A DNA stretch of 63,550 nucleotides, filler included, from Atractiella rhizophila (Eukaryota), in NCBI GenBank assembly GCA_021432655.1. It is 3 parts of 3 records of this genome, joined end to end, with 100 filler letters (N's around TTAATTAATTAA, not from the genome) between each part and the next. Parts side by side here need not be neighbours in the genome. Positions count along the whole stretch, not along the records: positions 29,806 to 59,480 come from MU271717.1; positions 59,581 to 63,550 come from MU271786.1; 1 more part is not named here. The stretch is one strand, 5' to 3'. Numbering within the stretch: position 1 is the stretch's first letter; each line of letters opens with the position of its first letter. The position numbers were made by a program, and so were the translations under genes. Shown here piece after piece: positions 50,201 to 62,329 of this stretch. The notes beneath the pieces were generated by a model. The model was not told the DNA's origin. It did not search any database and saw only the letters and a program-made list of their open reading frames with translations.

Positions 50201-50915
50201 GATCTGGAGTTTCGATCAGCAGGCTAATGCAGCTGAATGACTAGATTTTCGACGTGATGATTCTCACGTAACGCAGGTGCATTAGACCTCCTTCAAAATG
50301 GAAAACAAGAACGAAGGGGCGTGCTACAACGTCGTTAGAGAACAGTGACTCGCATGTCTTGCTGTAGGAAAGACGGATGACTGAAAGGAGCCTTGCAGCG
50401 ATGGATAAATCACGCAAAACAAAAATAGGGTGCTTAACTCGAAACTGTGAGGAATAAAGCACACACCGACGATACCCAAAGGGACCTCTGCCAAAGTCCA
50501 CCGGCTGCTCGATGCGAAAGAGTGTGTAGAGATGTCGGAGAGTGGGGACAGGGAGCATTGCCTGCATCTTTCGTCGAATCGCTCCTCTTGAGTAAAGGTA
50601 AACCTCGTGCAAGCCTTCGTTGAAACGGATGTGGGAGGAATGGTGTAATGATGTGGTGTTGTTATATCGGAAGAAGGAATGGCGTCGTATCCTTGTCGGG
50701 AGTTGCAGCACCGCCAGCTTGGGGCTGAGCCAGCTGATACTTTGTTGGTGGGAGACAGGGACAACTGGCAGCAAAATGAGAGCGCAGGGGAACCGATCAG
50801 ACGACTTGGCCAGTTCCTGAAGCGGTCCTGCTGCGGATGGAAGTTGAGCAGATTAGGGTTGCGGAATCAATTGCGTGTTAGGGTCGTCGCGTCGCCCGCA
50901 AAAACAACGACCAGT

Positions 50916-51799
50916 NNNNNNNNNNNNNNNNNNNNNNNNNNNNNNNNNNNNNNNNNNNNNNNNNNNNNNNNNNNNNNNNNNNNNNNNNNNNNNNNNNNNN
51001 NNNNNNNNNNNNNNNNNNNNNNNNNNNNNNNNNNNNNNNNNNNNNNNNNNNNNNNNNNNNNNNNNNNNNNNNNNNNNNNNNNNNNNNNNNNNNNNNNNNN
51101 NNNNNNNNNNNNNNNNNNNNNNNNNNNNNNNNNNNNNNNNNNNNNNNNNNNNNNNNNNNNNNNNNNNNNNNNNNNNNNNNNNNNNNNNNNNNNNNNNNNN
51201 NNNNNNNNNNNNNNNNNNNNNNNNNNNNNNNNNNNNNNNNNNNNNNNNNNNNNNNNNNNNNNNNNNNNNNNNNNNNNNNNNNNNNNNNNNNNNNNNNNNN
51301 NNNNNNNNNNNNNNNNNNNNNNNNNNNNNNNNNNNNNNNNNNNNNNNNNNNNNNNNNNNNNNNNNNNNNNNNNNNNNNNNNNNNNNNNNNNNNNNNNNNN
51401 NNNNNNNNNNNNNNNNNNNNNNNNNNNNNNNNNNNNNNNNNNNNNNNNNNNNNNNNNNNNNNNNNNNNNNNNNNNNNNNNNNNNNNNNNNNNNNNNNNNN
51501 NNNNNNNNNNNNNNNNNNNNNNNNNNNNNNNNNNNNNNNNNNNNNNNNNNNNNNNNNNNNNNNNNNNNNNNNNNNNNNNNNNNNNNNNNNNNNNNNNNNN
51601 NNNNNNNNNNNNNNNNNNNNNNNNNNNNNNNNNNNNNNNNNNNNNNNNNNNNNNNNNNNNNNNNNNNNNNNNNNNNNNNNNNNNNNNNNNNNNNNNNNNN
51701 NNNNNNNNNNNNNNNNNNNNNNNNNNNNNNNNNNNNNNNNNNNNNNNNNNNNNNNNNNNNNNNNNNNNNNNNNNNNNNNNNNNNNNNNNNNNNNNNNNN
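50916..51799. other. Assembly gap (884 N)
   Basis: N-run. Confidence 0.99.
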
Positions 51800-52547
51800 T
51801 CCCCTACCTCTCTCTACCACTCCTTCTGGTGTACCCTCCACCTTACCGATACCCACAGCCGCACCTTCCACTTCTCCCGACAAGGATATCCTACTCCCCG
51901 CCTCCTCCCTTCCTCTTCTACCACAATCGCATGTACAGAATGAAAGGGCGAGGGATTCGACCCCTCCACCGCGAAAGAAGCGAAAGCTCTCTCCCGAACC
52001 TTCCAAACCCGCACCACGCCCTCCTCCCAAGATCCACTTCAAGCAACAATTCGTCCAGTCCGTCTCCCCGCGCTCCGACACCATCCACACAATCACATTC
52101 GGGGGGAAGGACCGGATGAAGATGATCCCAGACCTGGTGCCAGAGGCGACGCGGCGGTCTCAGCAGGAGGCACGGCGACAGCAGCAGGCGGCGCTGTGGA
52201 AGGAGGACAAGGATTCGCACTTGGAGAGGTTGATGGGTACCTCGGATCCGAGGAAGTTGCAGGAGCGGTTCAGCGCGCTCGAAGTCGCGAACGGAAGGCT
52301 GAGGGCGAGGGTGTTGGAGTTGGAAGAGGAGTTGGAGGGAGAGAAGAGCTGGAAGAGGGAGGTGGGGAGGTTGTGGAATCAGGCGAAGATGAAGGGAGGG
52401 AAGGAGGAGGTTAAAGTGCTGGCAAGAGTGAAGGACTGGATGGGGAGGTGGTTTGATCAACCATCTGGGGAGACGGAGAGGAAAGACAGGGTCGGAGAGA
52501 AGAGAAAGAGAGAGGATATTGGAGAGATTGTGGTGGTGGATGATTGA
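51800..52547 (+). CDS. 3' part of a hypothetical protein (Pro-rich, NLS-like PPRKKRK, coiled coil)
   Basis: Open frame from the gap to TGA at 52547; heptad pattern LQERFSALEVANGRLRARVLELEEEL. Confidence 0.55.
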
Positions 52548-53102
52548 GAGGTTGGAGATAAGTGCGTTGTACAGCAATCTTGTTGGTAAGTGACTTTCAC
52601 CAACTTTCACAAGCGAGGAAATGTTGATTGTGGGTTACAGACAAAAGTTGTTATGTCTGCACCTGACCCCTATGTATCTGACAGCGGAGAACTGATATAC
52701 CCTATCTTCGTCCACGCACGTCTACGAATGATCACCTTCACCACATCCAGAATTAGCTGTCCTCATGTACTCACTGGAGAACTAATCGGGTAGAACTGCA
52801 CCTTGAACTATATTGTCTCACAATCAATCTTTCGTCCTAGACGTAGAGTCACTCTCGGACAATGCAATAAATCTGTCGCTATCATGCCAATCAGTTGATT
52901 TCAGTATGGATTGGATCCCTGCACTTTGGGATTTTAGTAGGTATTGATTTCATCGGCGTCCACTTTCTCTGCTTCCATACACAATATGAAAGTAAACTTT
53001 GAAGGTTTGTTGTATCAGCGCGCATCATCCAGCCCTTTGGCTTTGTCTATAAACTGTAGAGGGCAATGAGTACGCAAGAGGGTGGACGGAACTTGGAACA
53101 AC

Positions 53103-56100
53103 TCACGGCATCTTAAACGATCGTTTCCAACACCACCATCCAGTCCTCCCAGATTCTGCATCAATCTTCGCGATGCGATCGAGGCAGTAAGACCTGCTGC
53201 CTAAATCCCCTGAGTAGACATAGAGCCCCTGAGCCTTCTTGAATCGCTCCAACGCTTGCTCATGCCTCCCGCATCGAAAATGGACCTCCCCCACGGCGCG
53301 GAGGCAGTTTGCCCTCCCATGTGTACTCCCCATCAAGATGTACAGCTCCTCTGCCTCCCTGAATCGCCCCAGTGCTTCCTTGTTCCTCCCAAATTGAAAA
53401 TCGACCTCCCCCATGGCTTGGACACAGTCTGCCCTCCCAACTGTACTCCCCGTCAAGATGTACAGCTCTGCTGCCACCTTGAATCGCCCCAGCGCTTCTT
53501 CATTCCTCCCACAATGAAAATCGATCCACCCCATAGCTAGGACACAGTCCGCCCTCCCAACTGTACTCCCTGTCAAGATGTACAGGTCCGCCGCCTCCTT
53601 GAATCGCCCCAGCGCTTCTTCGTTCCTCCCGCAATGAAAATCGATCCTCCCCATAGCTTGGACACAGTCTGCCCTCCCAACTGTACTCCCTGTCAAGGTG
53701 TACAGCTCCTCTGCCTCCCTGAATCGCCCCAGTGCTTCCTCATTCCTCCCAAATTGAAAATCGACCTCCCCCATGGCTTGGACACAGTCTGCCCTCCCAA
53801 CTGTACTCCCCGTCAAGATGTACAGCTCCTCCGCCTCCTTGAATCGCTCCAGCGCTTCCTCGTTCCTCCCACATCGAAAATCAATTCTCCCCATGGATTG
53901 GACGCAGTCTGCCCTCCCTTGTGTACTCCCAGTCGAGATGTACAGCTGCTCCGCCTCCTTGAATCGCTCCAGCGCTTCCTTGTTCCTCCCACATCGCAAA
54001 TCAATATCCCCTACGGATCGGACACAGTTTGCCCCTCCCAAGTGTACTCCCGGTCAAGATGTACAGCTCCTCTGCCTCCTTGAATCGCTCCAGTGCTTCC
54101 TCATTCCTCCCACATCGAAAATCAATTCTCCCCACGGATTGGACACAGTCTGCCCTCCCTTGTGTACTCCCCGTCGAGATGTACAGCTCCTCCGCCTCCT
54201 TGAATCGCTCCAGCGCTTTCTTGTTCCTCCCACATTGCAAATCGATATCCCCCCATGGATCGGACACAGTTTGCCCTCCCTTGTGTACTCCCAGTCGAGA
54301 TGTACAGCTGCTCCGCCTCCTTGAATTGCTGTAATGCTTCCTCGTTCCTCCCACATCGCAAATCGATATCTCCCACGGATTGGACACAGTCTGCCCTCCC
54401 TTGTGTACTCCCCATCGAGATGTACAATTCCTCCGCCTCCTTGAATCGCTCCAGCGCGCTTCCTCGTTCCTCCCACATTGAAAATCGATATCCCCCATGG
54501 ATTGAACGCAGTTTGCCCTCCCTTGTGTACTCCCAGTCGAGATGTACAGCTGCTCCGCCTCCTTGAATCGCCGCAACGCTTCCTCGTTCCTCCCACATCG
54601 AAAATCGATCATCTCCCGCGGATTGGACACAGTCTGCCCTCCCATGTGTGCTCCCGGTCGAGATGTACAGCTCCTCCGCCTCCTTGAATCGCTCCAGCGC
54701 TTTCTTGTTCCTCCCACATTGCAAATCGATATCCCCCATGGATCGGACACAGTTTGCCCTCCCTTGTGTACTCCCAGTCGAGATGTACAGCTGCTCCGCC
54801 TCCTTGAATCGCTCCAGCGCTTCCTTGTTCCTCCCACATTGCAAATCAATATCCCCCATGGATTGGACACAGTCTGCCCTCCCTTGTGTACTCCCCACCG
54901 AGATGTACAGCTTCTCTGCCTCTTTGAAGCGCTCCAACGCTTCGTCATTCCTCCCGCATCGAAAATCTATCTGGCCTATACATCCGAGGCAATCTGCTTT
55001 GTTTTCGATTTCTGTACTATCCATCATTGAACCATCCAACTCCTCTAAGGCTTCTTTAATATAACCGCGAGATTCAAGTGCCTTTCCGAGGTACAACTGC
55101 AAGCGAACTGATGCTGGAGCAGATAAATGGTGGTTGGATAAGGTTCTCTGTAGCAGTTGTGTTGTGTCGAACCCCTGGTAAAGGAGGGTTAACGAGTTTT
55201 CCAACAGGAATGTTTCAATTCTTTCGCTCATATTTTGAAGATGCAGCAAACCGTCAAAAACAACCTGCTGAAAGTTCAGATATTCATCCCTGAATTCAAG
55301 CAATGCATCCGGCTGCTTCGTCACTTCGAATTGGTAGATTATTGCTTGCGCTTTGAGTAGTAGGCAATTAGAGAGAGGTTGAAGGGAGTCTGGGACTCGC
55401 AGAGGGAATGGGGGCATTTGTTTCAAAACAAGTTCGTTGATGTGCCTTCGAACTGGGGCCAGCATACGCAAGCGTTTTGAAGTTCTCTTCATCGCAGGAA
55501 TGTCATCCGCTAGTCCAACACTCAGAATGGCATCAAGGGCACGATAATCTCCAGCAAGTAAGTCCTTTAAGTCGGCTCGCAGGAGACCATCTGGAGACCA
55601 CGACAGAAATGACAAAGCAAGGAAGCTGCCTGGCTGTTCTCTGATAACTGGAGAAGCAAGAGAAAATCCGAGTGATATGTCGAGTGTAGGAGTACCGTCT
55701 CTACCGTCTGCGTTTTCTGAAAGAACTGCACTGGCTTGGTGGCGCCAAAGATCTAGAAGATATGATGCGCTGGAAGATGGATCGTGCTGTGCTCTGAGAG
55801 CAAAAAGGCGGATACAGAGTGGATGGTAATCTAAGCACGATAAAAGCTTTGATGTGACATCCGCATTTTTTGGGTCCCGACCACCTTCATAGAAATGACA
55901 GAAGGTATCCGTTGCTGCCGCCTTATCCTTCTTCAGTGTATCAATGACAACATGTACAAAAGCAGCGCTTTTCACGTCGATTCGTGGGGCATGATGTCCA
56001 CGCATGGCAAGCACGAGAACAGAACCAACTCCTGCTTCGCCAACGAGAGCCTGAAAGAAATGTTGCATCCGTCCCGAATCTGAATCTGCAGGTGTCTCAA

Positions 56101-57751
56101 AATTATCCAGGATGAGAAGACATTTGTTAACTTGAAAAAATTCAGCCACAGCCATCAAATCCGTGATACCAAACTGGCGCGATAGAGCGAAGACCCGGGA
56201 GCACAAATGGCTCTCAAGGCCGGCGAAAGAAGTGAAGGGGTCACAACGAACCCAAAAGCGTCGCTCGACAAGAAAATCGCCTTCTCGAACTATGAAGGCA
56301 GGCTTCACACGCTCGTCATGTAACACGGCAAGCGCAACTGTTGATTTCCCATTTCCGGCTAGACCCATGATTGCTACGTGGCGACCCCTCAGAACCGCCG
56401 TCCGCACCTCTTCGATCTCCTTCGTTCTTCCATAGCAAAGGCCACGCGGTGGGAGAGGCTCCTTTTCATGAACTGCCACTCGATGAGGATGAGCTGCCCG
56501 GCAGGTCATGAGTCTAGAAACTGAGAGGGGCAAAAACGCACAAAGGATGATAGATTCTGCCACGGCCTTCATTTCATAACCCATTCCACCCAAATAAGCT
56601 TTCGTCTGTCCGACAACATCCTTCATCCTTCCAAACTCGTCCCATTCGACACCCACCATCGTGTCAACGTTGAATCGATGGTAGCAATGGCCGATCCGGC
56701 GGCCCTGCATCTCATTCTTTATTTCTTTGTCGACACGGGAGCAGTCTTCCACAATCTTTTTGAAGGCCGCCTCGACCTCACTTGGCTTTGATCCAAATTT
56801 CACCGCTGGCCGAATGCCAACACCTAAAGAGAGGAAACAAATGACTTCAATTCCAACCCCCCAGATCTTCTTTGCCTCTTTCGCAGCGAAAAAGGACGGA
56901 TTATTGTTGCCAACCAGGACGTACACGGTCTTGTCGAGAGTGACAGGAGGAAAGAATGCCGGTTCCGCAGATGTTGCTCTTGCAGCGTCTACAATAGAGC
57001 ACTTGGTTGCGGATCCTCCAGCGAAGGGAACACTGTAAGTGCGCAACTCTAGGGGAACTACCGAATTGGCTTCGTACATGGCGATGACAAAGGTTCGACA
57101 CCGCTCTTCGAAGTTAGGATCGGTCATTGGAAGTGCTGTCCGTTCCAAAGAGGTAAATATCGAACTTTCGGAGGGAGTGATGTAATCTCTGATGATCCTC
57201 TCGAAAACTTCTTCAAGGGCTTTGTCAGAATAAGCAGGTGAGCTGCCTGTAGAAAGACTCTTCTCGCAGAAGACCCCCTTTACGATTTCGTTAAACGCGT
57301 CCATGCACTCTCGGACGGTCATGCCCAGTCGCCCGAGCATCAAAGCAATCCACCCTCCGGTAGACGTACCGCAGATGAGGTCGAAGAATTGACACGGTCG
57401 AAGGGTCCTGGGATCTGGCTTCCCAGGTAGGAGATCTGCGACTTGCTCCATAATGGCCTCGAGCATATAAAGGCAAGAGAAAGCGCAGACACCTCCATTG
57501 TCGATCGAAAGGATGCGGAGACCTTTGGTATTAACTTTCTTGATATCCACAAGCCGTTTGTGCAGGTCAGGGTCGATCATCCCGTCTCCGATGCAGTTCC
57601 ACGTGGGCGGCAAAGGGTTTGACTGCTTCGATGGAGCAACAGCCGGCGGCGCAACGAGGGGGTCCGACGATTGTAATAGTTGTGCTTTCAGTCGAGATAT
57701 GTTAATTGGCGAACCCGACAGGTTTTTCAGCCTCTTCTGTGTCACGGTCAA
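53103..57751 (-). CDS. Fungal NLR-like protein: patatin-like domain + NB-ARC-like NTPase + TPR array (frameshifted in the repeats as assembled)
   Basis: LRILSIDNGG, FDLICGTSTGG, RATSAEPAFF; Walker A GLAGNGKST; Walker B LLILDNFET; HPLCI; about 15 x 40-aa TPR units; true start uncertain. Confidence 0.88.
53200..55000 (-). repeat. Tandem array of about 15 x 120-bp TPR-coding repeats
   Basis: GATGTACAG marker at 53337, 53457, 53577, 53697, 53817, 53937, 54058, 54178, 54299, 54419, 54541, 54662, 54782, 54902 (degenerate unit at 53217). Confidence 0.95.
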
Positions 57752-58455
57752 TGTCGGAAGATGTTATGTTGGGGGCAGCCCACATTCCTCGAAAGGTTCT
57801 CTGTGACTGTCCACTATTGGGGTACGGTTGTCAATACATTATTCACCCCACCGTAATACAGGACTGTGACGTACAACCCTTCGTCATCACAAGGGAGCAC
57901 GGTACGCGACCAAAATCTCCTTCTCAGAGAGGACTCCGTCAGGTTACAATTTCAGAAAAGCTCTTAACGAGGAAGTCAAGAGTCTATATACAACCAAGTT
58001 AGGGATTCAGCAGGAAGGGTCAGATGCCATAGACTTCAGATGAAGGAATGTGAGGAGTTGAAATACATTTGACAACTCCCTCGGTAGACAAAGGTAACAA
58101 GCGCCACTATGCCTTTGCCGAGGTCCAAAGTTTGACGCACTAACACTTCGTCCAAGACTGGCGGTTATATTGAGCGCTTGCTGGGTAACAGGACTGGGCC
58201 AAAGCCAAATGTACCAATATCACTCTACTCGGACCCATTTATCCACCATGCTTGTTCCCACCTTACCAAAATGACATCTCCCAAACCATTGTACCGGAGT
58301 GCAACTTGATGGTACGCACCTTCGGCAGTATCCAAACTGTCAGTCTGTCCAGGAATGCAAAAGGTTTTCCTCTCTTTCACCACAATAGGCTTCGAAATTG
58401 CTCTCGTGTTCGTCGTTCGGGAAATTCGAACGCCTGTTGTTGATCCACAGATGAT

Positions 58456-59141
58456 TAGGGCTTTGCACCGTCACCGTCAAGACGGGTGACGGGTCCGGAA
58501 CGGACGGCATTTTTGGCCACCCGTCCCGTCACCGTCACAACTTTGATTTTTTGACGACGGACGGTATAAACGGACGGGTTCTACCCGTCCGTCAGCCCTC
58601 TCATGCGCTTCCATGACGGGTCAGACGGGGAACAACGGGTGTTATATATGAATTTTAAGTTTTAAACCTGTTTTACCAGTTTTTTGCTTGTTTTGCTGCA
58701 AGCTTTTCGTAATTTCATATTTTCTTATTTGCAGCAGAGCAAACATTCCTTTGCATGGCCCGAAACGGCCAGAAAGGAATTCCGGGTCAGTACAAACTTA
58801 ACCTTATGTGGGCCGGCTGCTTAGGGGCCATAGCCGGCTCAACCAAATCACCTTTCCGCCCAGCCAAACAGGCCTGGGCTTGCCGGCATTAGTAGTTAGC
58901 AGCAAGAACATGGCAAGAATGAGATATTCCGGTGGTGCCGGACAGAATAAAGGAACATTTTGTTGAACACCCGTGTTCACCGTCAAACCCGTCCGTCTGC
59001 ACCCCTTTTCTTGCCGTCACAGTCCCGTCACCGTCAGACAGTCCCCGTGTTCATTGACGGTGCGGGTGACGGGACGGGGTGACCCCGTCCCGTTGCCGTC
59101 TCAGGCACAAAAATCGACGGACGGGACGGTGCAAAGCCCTA
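58456..59141. mobile_element. hAT-type MITE (686 bp) with 8-bp TSD CAGATGAT
   Basis: TIR TAGGGCTTTGCACCGTC / GACGGTGCAAAGCCCTA; TSD at 58448-58455 and 59142-59149; many subterminal GACGG/CCGTC motifs. Confidence 0.93.
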
Positions 59142-59308
59142 CAGATGATCAGATAAATTATCTAATTGCGTTGTTCAACTTTCTCTTTGTTTTATTTTGT
59201 GAGGAGCATTTATATCACTATTCGATTTGCAGGGCCGAGAAGGAAACCGTCAGCTCATCAGTGCCTTCTCCTTCTGAGGGGCGACAACAGTAAACTCCAA
59301 CTTCCACC

Positions 59309-59480
59309 TAGGGCTGTTCACCGTCCCGTCCGTCGAATTTTTGAGCTGAGGCGGGAGCGGGGCGGCTGGACCCGTCACCGTCGCCGTACCGCATTGATCA
59401 CCAACTTCCTTTGACGCTGACGGAGCGGCTGACGGTCCAAGACGGGTTGTTGACGGACGGGTCAACGGTGTAGAAGACAT
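59309..59480. mobile_element. End of a second related hAT element, truncated by the gap
   Basis: TAGGGCTGTTCACCGTCCCGTCCGTCGAATTTTTG resembles the reverse complement of the right end of the 58456-59141 element. Confidence 0.75.
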
Positions 59481-59580
59481 NNNNNNNNNNNNNNNNNNNN
59501 NNNNNNNNNNNNNNNNNNNNNNNNTTAATTAATTAANNNNNNNNNNNNNNNNNNNNNNNNNNNNNNNNNNNNNNNNNNNN
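59481..59580. other. Assembly gap with TTAATTAATTAA linker
   Basis: N-run with spacer at 59525-59536. Confidence 0.97.
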
Positions 59581-61821
59581 AGTCAGGGTGAGGTACCTGT
59601 TGGTTCTGCCCCTGAATCTCTCTCAATATGCCAGGAAAATGATCGAGCGTCGTCGTCTCGTCCCTGTTCTTTTATCCACAAGTGTCATCACGAAATGTTG
59701 CCAATCAGCAAGTGAGGGTGGATTGAAAGGTACCTGTTTCAAAAAGGCTTCGTACTCGTTCAGCCAGTCTGCCGTCATCCTCCCTTTGAACGAACGATGC
59801 TTCCATAATTTCACAATCCTACAGCACCGGTTTATCGACCATCAGCTACGTCTCATTCAAAATAGCAAAGGAAGACGGACTCATCGAGTGTCTGCCTGCC
59901 CTCCGGATGTTTATCCCTCCACCTGGCCAACATCTTCCAACCTTCATGCAAGCCTAGGATCTGGACCTCTCTCACGAAATAGCCTCTAAAGAACTCCACT
60001 CCACTCCGCCGGTCCTTCTCGGCCAAGAAGGCAGATGTGGCGAGGTATTGTGTAAAGTTGTCATCGCACCATTCTTCCAGTTTCTCCTGCAACCTTCTCA
60101 TTGTTTGATTGTTAGGAAAGATGTCGAGCGCGTGGGAGACGAGGTACCATGCTCCATACGTGTCCTCGATTGCGTGCCTGTCTACTTGGAGGGAGAGTGA
60201 AGGATGTTCCGGTCCCCTTTTGGTTTCGTAAAGGACGAGTTTGGGCGAACTGGCGTCCTTAAAGATGGTTGGGGTGAAATTCGCCGTCCTGAACTCTCGA
60301 AGACACCTTATTATTGTGAAGGTGTGACGGAAGGCTTCCTCTATCTCCCGCTCTCTTGTCGTTGGGTGAGAGAACAGCACTTTGCCTATCAGAATGTCAG
60401 GAAGAAGCGAACGACGACAGATGTAGCAGAAGGACTTACTGAGAATGGCGACCTGCTTGCGGATCAACCAACAGGCAGTCCAGTACGCGTCCTCATATTT
60501 CGACCCTTCAAAAGAGGTAATGTTTTGAGTCGTCCAATGGAGTGGGTCAACGTAAAATAGTGGAGGGAGTGCTAGGAATGCAGCGTATTTGGTTATGTCG
60601 GAGAGGGTTCTGTTACCATGATAAACTACTTAAATGAGCCGGCTAAACCAAACGGAAACAAACAGCAAAGATCGTCCCGATAAAAGATGACTCTCAACAT
60701 CAGCCATCTTCCTTCCTAACGTCAATAAGTGATCCCAAAAGCAACAACGGACGGACCCAAAGACTCTCAAAGTACTTTGTGACCAAAGACCTCCTGCCCT
60801 CCGTCGACTCGCGCTCGTACAAGTCCTCAAACACCTCCTTTGCAATCCCAAACAGCTCCAAGGTACGCTCAGCGGGGTGATCGAACCTAGTGATGAGGTC
60901 CAGAAGCGCAAATATGATGGACAAGCTCTCCCTCCTCCGCTCCCTCAGCGGTGAGTCTGGCGAGGTCGCGAGCTCGAAGCAGTTCGCGATCAGCCGTTTG
61001 TAAGCCGTGTGACGCGCTCTGCCCTGCGCACGCAGGTCCAGCGGTCCCACGGGAGATGTGAGCGCATCTATGGGCTCACGGACCAGTGCCGAGCGTCCCA
61101 GGATAGCCTGCACACAACACGTTGGTCAGTGAAGGATAAGAAGGGACGGACGAACTGAATGGTTGGAGTATTCCACCCCTTTGACAAGTGCGAGAGCCAT
61201 CCAGACCTATGAACTCACGGTCGATCAATTCGATCGCGTGGTATCTCCACTCCTCTACAAGGAATGAAAAGGTGGATGCTTACATTCCCGTAAGGTCCTT
61301 GCGGCACGCCAAAATACGCCAAATCGTAAAAGACGCCTTTTTCTCCTTTGGAAGCCCCGAAAGAGAGATACTGCAAGTGATCAGGGAGATAGCGCATGGA
61401 AATGGTGACCAGGTGTCTTTTAAGAGAAGACACAAGCTGGGTTTGACCCAGAACGGCGTCCGTCGACGACTCTCCAAGATTGTGAGTTAAGGCATCAACC
61501 GAGTCCTGGGAGAAGGGTCCTTTGTGAGAGTAGCTCAAGTCAGCTCCCCTCTGTCGAGCTGTTCGCGGGTCCTGACTTTGATGTAAGACATGTCGCCCAG
61601 CGTGATGTCGTTTCGACCGACCCCTTGTGCTCTCAGTGCGAGCCAACGCTCGTCGGAGCTCGGAAGTGGAGGAGAAAGCGACGCTTTTGTCTGGGATCGT
61701 TATCCTGGTCCAACACCTTTTCAGTTTCTCTTGTCCTTAGGGGACGGAGGAGGGCAAAAACGTACCCAGTCCCGAAATCACCTTTCCTGTGCGACGAACG
61801 AGCGCTGATGCCTATCCGCAC
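59581..61821 (-). CDS. Probable multi-exon hypothetical alpha-helical protein; boundaries uncertain
   Basis: Chain of minus-strand ORFs (61646-61215, 61113-60700, 60467-59853, 59814-59623) separated by intron-sized gaps. Confidence 0.35.
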
Positions 61822-62329
61822 CGTGAATTTACAGCTATCCCTCCATATCAGTCAAGAAAAGTCGAGGAGACAACAATTGGTTGGTGAGCTTGTCAATTTC
61901 CTGTTTTATTTCTATTTTTGTAGACTCTTCTCGCGTTTGCAAGCCTTCTAAGGTTTACTCCAAGGTTATAGCAGAATACGAATTGAAAGTGCTATAGTGG
62001 ATAAATTTGGATAAACTCGTTCAGGTTGTGTTCCTGTGCAGGACTTTCACCTGATCGAAGGAAGAAGCAGCAGTAACATTCGGACCTGAGCCTTCCCGAA
62101 AGCATACGCTTTGAATTACACATCACGCCACGCCACAACACCACAACAAGACAATGCAGCGCGAACGAAAGATATCATTTAATAAATTAAAGAACGGGAA
62201 GAGCGTACGCGGAGTTGGTCCTCCTGCACTCCCGACAAACGACCTCTCCGAACCGCTTCACGCATCTCGCTCCGACCTCTTGACAACGCGAACAGCTCTC
62301 CATTCTCCATTCCCTTGGCTCAGCCTTAC

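Noticed and set aside
50679..52547. 622-, 414- and 409-aa ORFs across the large gap
   Set aside because: Their length comes from N-runs; only the part after 51800 is supported
53256..55064. Many repetitive plus-strand and alternative-frame ORFs over the TPR array
   Set aside because: Shadow frames of the 120-bp repeat
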